From: Phoronis australis
Lineage: Eukaryota > Animalia > Phoronida
Direction of reading: 5' to 3'
Assembly (NCBI GenBank): GCA_002633005.1
Contig: NMRA01000001.1
Location: 107,401-171,400 of the forward strand
Length of the DNA stretch: 64,000 nucleotides
Below, piece by piece: positions 25,101 to 34,931 of the stretch. Below the pieces are notes generated by a model, which was given only the letters and a program-made list of their open reading frames with translations, ran no database searches and was not told where the DNA came from. Made by a program: the position numbers and the translations under genes. Each line of letters opens with the position of its first letter. The first letter of the stretch is position 1.

Positions 25101-28100
25101 AGTTGTGATTTTGCGTGGTGTGTCATTTATTTCCGAGTACATGGCTGCAAGCAGTGATCAACTGGTCTTCTAATCTGACAAACAAATTTTATAACGGGAA
25201 GGGATCTCAGACAAGGGTTAACCTACATGTAAGTAAAACTGTGACTCACAGATGTTACGTAATCCAAACATATATTCGTTTGAAACGTGTTAATGCACCG
25301 CACCCATTTATCAACATCAGTGGTAGTTAAGTTACATGTATCTGTGCAGGACAGACTTTTCACATGTTAAGTACGGATGATCCATTTGTCATTTTCCACT
25401 TTCCCTGAAAGGTGTTTTCGAATTCTTAGCAATTGTTGTTGAGGAGCTTTCCGCTCATGTTAAAGTTCTCTTACTTATGGGAATTATGACGTCAGCTTGG
25501 GACTGAAATGAAATGTTTACACATGACAATGAACACCACAGCATTTTGGTAAGTATAAATGGTAATAGAAGGGGTTATGGAACACAAACAAGCAAATGTA
25601 TCTGACCACTGAGATTTTGGACTTACATGGAAGTCTGTCTTCCTCGAAGTGTTTTTGATGGTATCTACTACACATAGAAACATGACGCTACTAAAGCCCC
25701 CAATGGTGGCGACTTTGTAGCTCTTACTCGACTACTACTGCCCGGCTCTGGAAACGGTACGTTAACTAACCATCTGCCTTGAAGTTCGCTCATGAGACCG
25801 CATCAGAAGGTTGTATATCGTTCTTTGATACTCTCGTCTTCCGGAACGCTGGTGGCTACCGGGATCTTGGGGTGCACATCGTAAACTGGCTCAATATAAT
25901 CAGTTTTACGCTTCAGTTCCCACCACCCACTTCATCAGAAGCTGGGGTTGTTCGAACTCTCTGAAAAAGGGGTAAGGACGCTGTCAAAAGGAAGAGGACG
26001 GGCTCGGTGAGCCTAAATTACTTGATTCTGCTCTATCATCGTGTGGGTATCCTAATTGGGTTCTGAGGAGAACTGTCCCACAAAGTACTAATGATAGTAC
26101 TAGGGAGAGTGAAAAACGTGTCGTGTGTCGTGTCTCGCTGTGTCAACACTCCACGGGATCAGTTAGCTTTCCCCAACGATATACATGTAACTCCTCCTGA
26201 TCAAAAGTGCGCTGTTTTATACCAATTGGATTGTGCATCCTGTGAGGCTTACTATAAACCTGTAGGAGAGACTGGTCATCAGTTAAAAGCTCGTATTGAT
26301 GAGCATTAAGAAATCTGTGAGGTCAGGCTGGTTGTCTTCAGTTCACGGACACTATCTGTTAGCATTTTAAACAGTGAAACCAGGTATATTCCTACGGGAT
26401 TAGGGAATTCGAAGCAGTCTACATAGGACGTCATCGCCTTTTATCCACAGAGACAGGGCAGTCTACACAACTGAACATTCCGAGGAAGACAGCTGTCTAT
26501 GGCAGTCGAAAGTCTTCGTGTTCTTGTTTAATACATACACTACGCATTGATTAATTTCTTTCCCGGCAAAACAACCGTACCCGTTAATGAGGATTGGAAA
26601 CGTGAAAGTACACACCGAAAAAGCCTGCTGCGGGTTTTCAGATCAATGACTTCAGTGGCCACTAGTTTGCAAAATTTGTTAACTATTTTTGGCCTTATCT
26701 TGATAACTAGAGACTAGGTACATGTTTCCCAGGGCCAGGGCGCAAACACACAACATGCTACATAAAACTTGTTCCCAGTAATTGCATTGATTTGTGTAGT
26801 TGTTGGTTACAGAAAATGGAGAGATCTCAACGCTGAACGAGCTGCGCCGCCGCCATCTTCTCTGCAAGCCTACATCAGTGGACAACCGATTTCACTGGCT
26901 ACACTGGGAGTACGATTCCAATTGTGTGCGGAGCCCAAATTTAGTGACGATAATCGTATGTATCCGCGCTCTGTAACACGAGCGTACCACAAGTATACTG
27001 TGTTGTCTAATGATAATTTTCTTACACCCATAACGAGTTTATTAGGCGTCACATTCGAGTAATACCCGCAAATTGACATCCGAAGAATAATGTTTTGCTA
27101 GCTTAATTTTTTTTTACAGTGAGCCGCTTCGTTTCCTTGCAACTAACATTTTGACTTTCACAAGGCTCCCTCCCTTGGTTTTCCTCGTCACTATTGCGTT
27201 TCAACCCTTTTGCCCTCAAGATCCCTGTTTTATTTGCATGGCAAGCCATATTGCTTCAAGATCACAATTAACTGGCCTGTAATACATTTTATTTTAGCAT
27301 ACAAAGGCGCTCTCATAGTCGATGTTACAACAATTGATACTTCCGGTAAGAAGTTTTACATCATAAAAGAAGGGTAAGTCTAACCAAAGTACTAAATATA
27401 GAACTATCACAAGAAAACAAAATTCGTTATTAATTCTGTGGAACATTTGTAGTGTGAAGATATTTTTTGCTTTACCCAGTTTGGAAAACCAATGAAAATT
27501 CTCAAGTAGCCTTAAATTGCCCCTGTATACACTAACAGCACTTGAAATATACTGTGCGTTCGGCATTGTAGATTTCAGTTATTCATTGTTGTATCTTTTC
27601 AGATGCAAATCCAACACCATTACTCAAGTGGGTCCCAGTTTCCCCACAACCGATCCCTCGAGCAAAGCCATGTGTGTTGACATGACAACGTTCAGGTTTT
27701 ACGGCCAAACCTCCACCATTTATGAAGTCACCGTAGAGTTTTCGCGAGAAACCAAAAATCAGGTAATATTTATTCGTAAAACCACATAATGTAAGTTATT
27801 TGGCATTAAATGTGGAGGAATCTAGATAAATCAAAAGTGCTTACTTGTAATTTATATGAAGCATTTGGTACACATGTATATTTTATGCGCTGCTGTTTCA
27901 GACGAACGGAAATACGTGTAGCACAGTTGGACGTAAACGAAGGTCTGCAGACGGTGAATCTGTCAGACAGGTATTAAAGATGGAGTTACAAGTCTCCAAC
28001 GAAGGTAAATCTATATGTAGTTCTGTATTATCTCTCTAAATGCTGCATGTCATCATATTGTAGAATTGAACAATCAGACTCACATGAAACTATTAGAAAA

Positions 28101-29113
28101 TGAACTGGCTTTTATGTTCCCCAAAACAAAATCAGGAATTGTTTTCCAAATGTTTCAGTTTTGCATAAGAGGTTACCAAAAGTAACACATTTAGGTTTTT
28201 AATGAAAAATTCTAAAATTGTAAACGAAATGATAATTTCGAAACTATAACCTTTTTCTTTGGATTACGTCTTGAACATTCATATAAAATGAAATTTGGTG
28301 AAATGTCCCAGTTAATATTATATAAAAACCAAGAAAATGTCTATTTGGCTAATCATATCTCAGAAATGCCTGATTCGATTCATACGAAACTTAAAATACT
28401 TTTCTTTAGGACAGGTTCTCTAAACCGGTGTTCGAAATTGTTTTTAAAATGTTCCCCTTTGCATAAGAGGCTATTAAATAGGGGCTTGAAATATTTTCCA
28501 CGGAAAAGTTTTGAAGTTACACGTAAAGTTTGATCAGATACTTTTATGTATTGCAGTTTAGTACCTATTTGGTTAAATGTAAAATTAATACTTGTCGAAA
28601 TGGTCCTACGTGGCATTAAATCATTTTGAATTAGTCTCCATTTGTTCCGTACTCGGAGTAGACGTGATTTTTGGGTTTGCAAAGAACAGACGATTCGTTA
28701 TTGCTAACACTCTGAGCAAATTCTCAAAAAGCAATGAGATGTCAGCTCTTTGGCAAATATTTTCTAATCGGTGTAAGGAGCAAATTGAGACCGTTTTATA
28801 GCGATAAATGATCCAAATCAAAAGTTCAATTTTAAGCCGCTTCAGTTACATCACCAAAACCTCGTCTTCCTCTCTTTAAGCAAGTGTAAATGCATGGTTT
28901 TGGACCGAATGTCACTGTCTATTTACAGACGGATTGCCTGAAAAGAAAGACCAATACAAGGAGGACTTCAAAACCGACGCCTGTAGAGGATATGTTAACA
29001 TCACTGTGTTCTATGCTGTGGTGTCAGTTCTTGCTTTCCTTTTGATGCTGGTCATTTGCTTGGCGGGCTTTTTTGCCAAACGTAACTTCACTTACCCGGA
29101 AAACAAAGAATAA
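13039..29113 (+). CDS. EMI + ZP (zona pellucida) domain type-I transmembrane protein, ~437 aa, 11 coding exons (whole gene span)
   Basis: Exons 13039-13106(?), 15941-16060, 16793-16878, 23858-23899, 24097-24284, 24764-24906, 26813-26955, 27298-27373, 27603-27762, 27902-28004, 28929-29113. All have GT..AG borders and mutually consistent phases (1314 nt in total). The product has an EMI cysteine pattern, ZP-N with 4 Cys, the ZP-C motifs xxGC and FRF, RKRR, a TM helix and TAA. Confidence 0.8.
14329..14458. repeat. Palindromic foldback/MITE built from ~20-bp units
   Basis: GTACGCCGCATAGTAATTACTTTA ... TAAAGTAATTATTTGCGGCGTAC, with the unit repeated on each arm. Confidence 0.7.
15941..16060 (+). 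CDS. EMI-ZP gene exon: EMI domain first half
   Basis: TTTCAG| LTGVPNSVCTYYYQLSYSQWYRTRYTTSCLDWDFRCTRY |GTAAGT; resembles the MEGF10-type EMI pattern PNVC..YYTSC..W.KCTR. Confidence 0.8.
16793..16878 (+). CDS. EMI-ZP gene exon: EMI domain second half
   Basis: CTTACAG| SKYRVAYKRQDKLGCCQGYTDNGSSFCI |GTAAGT; YRxAY and CCxGY are EMI hallmarks; phases 2 then 1. Confidence 0.85.
17330..18506 (+). mobile_element. Degraded Penelope-like element relic (3' end)
   Basis: ~18255-18380 reads FAIIDQAETTKEHKIREALHISWCKSNLNRQLEHHRLSLVV*, a typical PLE GIY-YIG C-terminus, followed by a hammerhead motif. Similarity further 5' is weak, so the start is approximate. Confidence 0.6.
18455..18510 (+). ncRNA. Minimal type-I hammerhead ribozyme motif (PLE-associated)
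   Basis: CTGATGA-T-GGTG[cttgaataaatga]CACC-GAAA-CATG-TC: intact core, stem II, palindromic ACATGT stem III, GUC site. Stem I is weak. Confidence 0.7.
18511..23558 (-). mobile_element. TTAA-flanked DNA transposon (~5.05 kb) with decayed transposase, Sola3-like
   Basis: TTAA|GTACTAGTCCACG...GAGCGGCAAGGTAGGGGTCAGCC at the left end; GGCTGACCCCCCACCTTGCCGCTT...CGTGGACTGATAC|TTAA at the right end. Minus-strand remnants: TCPNHR..HPLH (~22430-22720) and KGWVWKS..RNESGEKVFAKDYWLIPQQVQSNFLR (~21620-21900). The superfamily is inferred. Confidence 0.75.
23858..23899 (+). CDS. EMI-ZP gene exon: short linker
   Basis: TTTCAG| ASTGSPGVRNDNQ |GTACGT; 42 nt, phase 1-1. Confidence 0.6.
24097..24284 (+). CDS. 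EMI-ZP gene exon: ZP-N first part
   Basis: TTTAG| EYICGNNGVRVTFP...FVKGFPGDSSC...LPKCNITAN |GTAAGT. Confidence 0.85.
24764..24906 (+). CDS. EMI-ZP gene exon: ZP-N second part
   Basis: CTACAG| PNGEVSFQVRLQLLPGFDSPEDGYVNISCNTKG...ELRVF |GTAAGT. Confidence 0.85.
25760..26530 (+). mobile_element. Degraded Penelope-like element (RT end, GIY-YIG) in ZP gene intron
   Basis: LKFAHETASEGCISFFDTLVFR (PLE IKFTxExExxGxLPFLD motif); AVLYQLDCASCEAYY..VGETGHQLKARIDEH (GIY-YIG); EAVYI; 3' hammerhead motif. Confidence 0.85.
26475..26524 (+). ncRNA. Degenerate minimal hammerhead ribozyme
   Basis: GAACATT-CCGAGGA-A-GACAGC[tgtctatg]GCAGTC-GAAA-GTCT-TC-GTGTTC. Stem I GAACA/TGTTC is present; the core carries a U-to-C change (CUGA to CCGA). 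Confidence 0.6.
26813..26955 (+). CDS. EMI-ZP gene exon: interdomain linker / ZP-C start
   Basis: TTACAG| KWRDLNAERAAPPPSSLQAYISGQPISLATLGVRFQLCAEPKFSDDN |GTATGT. Confidence 0.85.
27298..27373 (+). CDS. EMI-ZP gene exon: ZP-C
   Basis: TTTTAG| YKGALIVDVTTIDTSGKKFYIIKE-GG |GTAAGT; supplies the G of the ZP 'GC' motif. Confidence 0.8.
27603..27762 (+). CDS. EMI-ZP gene exon: ZP-C
   Basis: TTTCAG| CKSNTITQVGPSF...AMCVDMTTFRFYGQTSTIYEVTVEFSRETKNQ |GTAATA. Confidence 0.85.
27902..28004 (+). CDS. EMI-ZP gene exon: furin cleavage site and external hydrophobic patch
   Basis: TTTCAG| TNGNTCSTVGRKRRSADGESVRQVLKMELQVSNE |GTAAAT. Confidence 0.85.
28929..29113 (+). CDS. EMI-ZP gene terminal exon: TM helix and cytoplasmic tail
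   Basis: TTACAG| GLPEKKDQ...ITVFYAVVSVLAFLLMLVICLAGFFAKRNFTYPENKE*; AATAAA downstream at ~29344. Confidence 0.85.
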
Positions 29114-29119
29114 AGACAT

Positions 29120-29265
29120 GCCTCCCGTTCAGTAACGCTAGGACCTGGCTAAACAGCAAGACTTCAGGTATTGCCGTGTATTTACATATAAATGAGAACA
29201 CGTGGCTTTGTCTAGATTCTAGTTAGGTCCTAGCGTAAGTCCTAGCGTTACTGAAAGCACGCCCG
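29120..29265. mobile_element. MITE (PIF/Harbinger-like), copy 2, in ZP gene 3' UTR
   Basis: CCGTTCAGTAACGCTAGGACCT ... GTCCTAGCGTTACTGAAAGCACGCC; homologous to 6207-6365. Confidence 0.7.
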
Positions 29266-32200
29266 GACGTCATGACATACTGTTGTTATTTGACCTTTGC
29301 AAGCCTGTTTCTAAACCAAGACAAATAACGGACGTCATCACGAAATAAATATTTCTTAAATAAATTAGTAAATCATTCAAGTATTGCCACGTGCATGCTG
29401 GTCAAAGTATGTTTGCTTTAAAATCTACAAATCACGGTCTCAGTTTTCATCGATTTTGAATAAATATTAGAAGAAAACAAAGTTACTTCTTAGCAATTCC
29501 TTAAGTTAACTAGACAGACTTTGTAGTTAAGTTACGTTTTTGTCGAAACAAACCAACGTTTTGTTGAACTTTTGTTGGAACTTAATTTGACGGTAGACCT
29601 GTTTGTTCATTTATGCAATGGCCTTGCACTGTGAGTTGTCCTATTTCAACATCACAACGTGGGTGGAGCACCACCTATCGAAAATATGTGAAGGTTTAGA
29701 TAGAATTGAGATCTATTCTAGTCGAATACGAAGGGTTATTTTTGTGAGCGGAAACTCGAAATTGACATATTCAATTTATTTTGGAAGCTACTGAATGGAT
29801 TTGACCTGTTACATCAACATTTTGTATAAATGAATAATTTATCGGGGATGCAACGCTTATCAAATTAATTAGGGACCCAATTACGTTTGAATAGGAAAAG
29901 TGCCAACTTAAAATCACTTTCAATCTTACATGTATGGCTGTGAAATCTCAACGTCGGGTTTGCAAGAACGTGCTACGGCCGTGTGACCTTTGATAAAATA
30001 ACACAGCTTGCATGAATTTTAGACCCTGCAAGCCCGCCGTATTGCTCGTCATACCTGTAACTAAATTCATGAATTCTTTCTCCATTATTTAGATGAGGTG
30101 AAATGATATCTCGGATCACTGACAAAATCTCCGTGGTATTTTTTCAAAATTTGGAAGCCCGTTCCAAAATCTAAAGTCTGATCCAGCTTGTTATTAACAC
30201 TAATAAACCGAAACGTTGACTTGAATATGAATCGCGTCTCTGTTTTTATTTTCAAATTTCTTCTGTTCGTGAGCTACTCAACAATAGGATATTTGCTCCC
30301 TATTCACGGCCTAAACATGAATAACATAAAACTCGCTTATTACCACTGACATATTACATGTAGTCTCGCAACTGTCCCTGTCTTAATGTCACTTTGCTTT
30401 CGGCCATCAGATTGAACTGAGTTTTCGGCATATATTGAAATGAATTAGCCCGGAGTTGGGTTGCCAACATCGTTGATTTTTTACTTTGTTTTACACATCG
30501 ATTTCCTGGATAATGCTATGGAGAGATTTGAAACTTGCTTTTTGTGGTAACATCACTTATGTATAATTTGCATTTTAGGTAGTTTAGTTTTAAAGAATCG
30601 TCCCGATGCACGAAAAATAAAATCACATTAACTTGCAAAGAGTTATCATACCACATTATATACAATGTACAGTACCAGAATTCTAGAATTTCAAAATACA
30701 AAACTAAAAATCCACGCTTTTATGACTAGAATACGAGTTAATTCCCATTAAACCCCGATTAAATCTCAACAGCTGTTGTCGAAATCACGGGTTCTTTCAT
30801 AAATTAACATTCAGCACATACGCAAAATTACGTCTTACGAAATTTCCGCAAGAGTTCAACACATATCATATTTTATGTTAACAGAACTTTGACTAAACAT
30901 CCCAATAATTCCGTCAAAGTGTAAATCCATCAAAGTTGATGCACGCGAGGTCTGGTTTGCGTCCTGCTGTTTTCGGACACGTCATACTTTCCGGCCTTCT
31001 GTTAACTCTGGGATTGATTCGGGCTTACGCTTGTTTTACCAAAACACATATAATGCACGCCTGTTTTATTTTCACGATATCGCAGTAATCAGTTTTAGTG
31101 GAATGACGATGACTCCTTCGTCTGATATTTACCGCATACGGTGTGTAAGGATATAAACATTTATAGTTTATTAGCTACTTAGCAAAGGTGTTGTTGTCTC
31201 AGAAGCCGGTGGTGGTTTTCCAGTAAACAGACAACACGAATTTATAACAACTATTTACTTATTAATACTCAGCAAATATTGTTGTATTCTTCCACTTGGC
31301 ACCCATGAAGAATGCTCTCGCTTTGCCAAAAGAATAAGGTTAAAAGAATTTGATCAGCTCGTAGATGCACGTTACCATTTCTAATTTCCAGTGCTTTTAC
31401 ATTTTTGTGCACCACCGATGTTCTATATAATTATTACTGACGCTATAAAGTGACACATATAGGCGTAGAAAGTATTTTTATGAGATCAGCCCAAGGATGG
31501 ATTACAATCGGATGCTGGTGTCACAGCCTACTACTCTACTTACTAGCCTTAGTCCACCTCACTGTGTGTCTGACTATTTACTGAAAATCGTAATTGACCA
31601 AAAACCTTAATTTCATACAATGTCTGACAGACAATGGGGAAAATTGAAGATTTGTAATATAACCACAAAAACAACTGACTTTATTGCTGTATATCTTATA
31701 TAGCTTTAATCTACAAAATGGACTTTGCGGACGTAAAAGCTATGAGACCCATTTAGGTGTCAAAGAAAAGTTTACTGTTTTGATATTAATTTCAGCATCA
31801 GAAACATTTTCTACGTGCTCAGCTTCCGAATACTGGTGTGTAGATACATCTCTAGAATTAACTGTTTAATTTATTCTAAGTTCTGAAAAGTCTTGTCAGG
31901 AACTGTACTCTCTCTGATACAATGTACATAACGCATTGATTCAAAGAATTAAGTAGAGATCACTGATTGCTTCAGCGTCAGAATCCTTATCGCTTTTATA
32001 TTTGAATTTCAATGGTAGTTAAAATTACGAATTAACTTTGTAATAGTAATTTTATATTTGATTGTATGGGCTTATTGACAAATTTATTACGTAATTATTC
32101 GGAAATAAAATAACGGTGTTTGGTTACTTGACGTGTTTATCTTCAGGTGCATATGAGTAAATATTGCTCTTGAGACATAAAACATTAATAGCTGCTTCTA

Positions 32201-32985
32201 GAAAGAAACTTGCAAACTGGTACGTGTTTAAACAACACAAGTTTGTTTGCGCTGAGTTTAAACGTGAGAGAGTCGCGATAAAAATGCAGCGGTTGTAAGT
32301 CCTGTGGACTATGCGCAAAAATTTAATGAATCATACATCAGGTTTTTAGTAGCATTTTATTTTAAAAATTCAAAAGGAATATACTGTAGCGCAACAGAAA
32401 TAGCCACTATACTGCCTTGAACAGTGAATAATCTGCCCGCAAGAAGGGGGGGTGGTTGGCACAGGTCAGTGAAATGGAACCCGATTGGGGGAGTCACTCA
32501 CAATTCTTGAGCACGCATACAGGTGCCACGCAGATGTCAAGGAGTGACCCCCGGGATACGAGCACACACATCTTCAAACAAAGACAAAAACATAACCTCT
32601 GTTACGACGATAGTCATAAGATGACTTATGTTTGGAAAATTGATCAGACAAATGGTAATTATGATGTGCAAAGAGTAAGTTATGCTCATATTTTGTAATT
32701 TGTAGCTTGCGCCGAAGCTTGTTTTCTTTACAATACTGTTTATTTCAACCTAAAAGTAACACAGGAAATTAAAAGAATATTGTCCACAAAACAGTATATG
32801 CAGGCAGAATAACAAATATAATAACAAAAAAATATAAACACGATTATTACTGACAGATATTGAAATTGCAAAAGACGATTTTTATGTATTGCAACATAAT
32901 AGATTCGATAATAAACGATCTTAATTACAGACATACCGACACACAAACAGAAAAATCACAAAAATGCCACATCAATGAGGCGTAA

Positions 32986-33297
32986 AGTCCTTATGTTAAA
33001 ATGCCAATGTGTGTCCATTATCCAAAAATACTTAATAAATAAAATCTTATTTTCGATACCCTTTTGTTATATTCTTTTCGCCTTTCGTGCCACAAGCGTT
33101 TTTTACCTGTATTTGATCCTTCTCTGTGAGCACATAATTATCGTAAGTCATCGGTTATTTCCGTACCCACATTTTCGGCTCGTCAGTTCAGGAACTTGTC
33201 CTGAACGCCGCCATTTTTTCCTTGTAACTGAATGTGCCATCTCTTGCTCGAAATGTCTTCATTATATTCTTTTATTAGTAATATCTCGCGATTCGTT

Positions 33298-33331
<34 letters not shown>

Positions 33332-34648
33332 GTATTTATACTTCGTAGTTAGTGGTCGTTAATTTTTTTTGAAATGTTAGGCGTACTTTTGTTCATTATG
33401 TTAAAATAGCATTGGTAGAGCGGTCGAACCAATTTTTTTCGTTTTGAAAAAGTACTTTGCTATCATCGGAAAGATAATGCATCCTACTCAGTATAAATCG
33501 AAAAAGTATCAAAATCGTGACAAGCAGTGCAAAGTTATTGCAATTTTTGTGGCGAAATTTACGTCACTTTGTATCGGGTCGGCAGTCTAGGACGACAGAG
33601 GTATAAGTTACGAGTTTAAAACTTTGTGTAAATTGTTTTCGCCAACAATTTATGGTGAAGTTTAAATAGATATATCTTTACTTACTATTCAACAGTTTTC
33701 ACCAAATTCCTGCCTCGCAGTTGCTACTTATTAAGTGATAGATGTGCTCCCAATTCCCGTTGGACTCATATCTAGCGGCACCGACAACATGGAGACCTTT
33801 ACTGAACTGAAAAGCATGCTCAACAGCTACTTCCTAATTTGCGAAGATTTAACGTTGACTGATTGTGACAAACATTGCTACAAAAAGGAACTTTGTTCCA
33901 TTTTAATGCAAAAATAAGGTATTTTCGAATTATATTACTATGAATTCCCCATTCAGGTGATCTTACACTAAGCTAAAAAATTGTTGAAATAATTTTTAAA
34001 ATGTTTTTTGTTTGACAGTCAACTACCGTTCAAGGCTTGATTATATTTGATATTTTGACGATAGTCTTCATACTGCTAGCTGGCAGGCTAGCTTACCTAA
34101 GGGCTGCCGGGGCAGTGTGACACAGGGCCAACCATCTCGTATATTTATGAAAGTGTCTGAAACTACCTTTGTATTTTTACGGCATTTATGACTTGAAACT
34201 TTTATTGCTACAAAACGGCTTGCAACCGCATGGCTTTACCGTTCGCCAGTGCCAGGTTTCTGTCCGCCCACGGTCCGATCGGCTGCGGGCCCGAGTGCTG
34301 CAAAATAATTTCTGTCAAAATTTGTTCGCCACATTTCGTCAGCAAATTCGATAAAATTTTGATTTTATTAACGTTAAGGCGCGCTGTTGTTTATTTTATC
34401 CCCGTTTGCAGGCTGGTAACAGACACTGCTCCAGTCGCACAGACGCCATATACTAAGCCTGTGTTCCAGAATGAATTGTTCGCAGTAAGTTCAAAAAAGC
34501 GGTTACCGTGTCTGAATCGGGAAGGTCGCATTTAGTTAAACTTCATTCGATTACGGATTGTGTATAAGTTAAGGGGTGGGTACTTCTTGGATACTTATAA
34601 CATCCTATAACCATGTAATGAGGGCTAACAACGTGTGCTTCTTGGACT
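32986..34648 (-). mobile_element. Kolobok-like non-autonomous DNA transposon, full-length copy (~1.66 kb)
   Basis: 34290-34648 is the reverse complement of 63616-64000 and 9233-9433; 32986-33370 is the reverse complement of 9750-10113. Ends are GTAA|AGTCC ... GGACT|TAAA. Contains (TA)n at ~33300-33328. Confidence 0.75.
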
Positions 34649-34790
34649 TAAACGTATTTAAAACTTGAGTAACGTAGAAAATATATCTGAAACTAAATAA
34701 GGCGATCCAGATCCTCCCAAGGATACTATTGTTTCGTGAAATGAAGAATATAAATCGGTAAATAAAACAACAAGAATGGATCAACTGAAA

Positions 34791-34830
34791 TTTGAAATTT
34801 TCGGAGGTAACAACTTCCTTTATCAACAAA
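34791..34830 (-). ncRNA. Variant minimal hammerhead-like motif in the PLE 3' region
   Basis: Minus strand TTTG-TTGATAAA-GGAAG[ttgtta]CCTCC-GAAA-ATT-TC-AAA, ~100 nt after the ORF stop. The core is non-canonical (UUGAUAAA). Confidence 0.5.
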
Positions 34831-34931
34831 AACAGAAATAAAGTAAAATCAAACACGAAATGACAATTGACATATAAGATATGGTGTAATGAAAATGATA
34901 CATTTTTGCGTAAAAAATTCAATGACATATT

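Noticed and set aside
27120-27180. Strong acceptor TTTTTTTTACAG as a ZP exon
   Set aside because: In-frame TGA in the required phase; the 27298-27373 exon fits instead.
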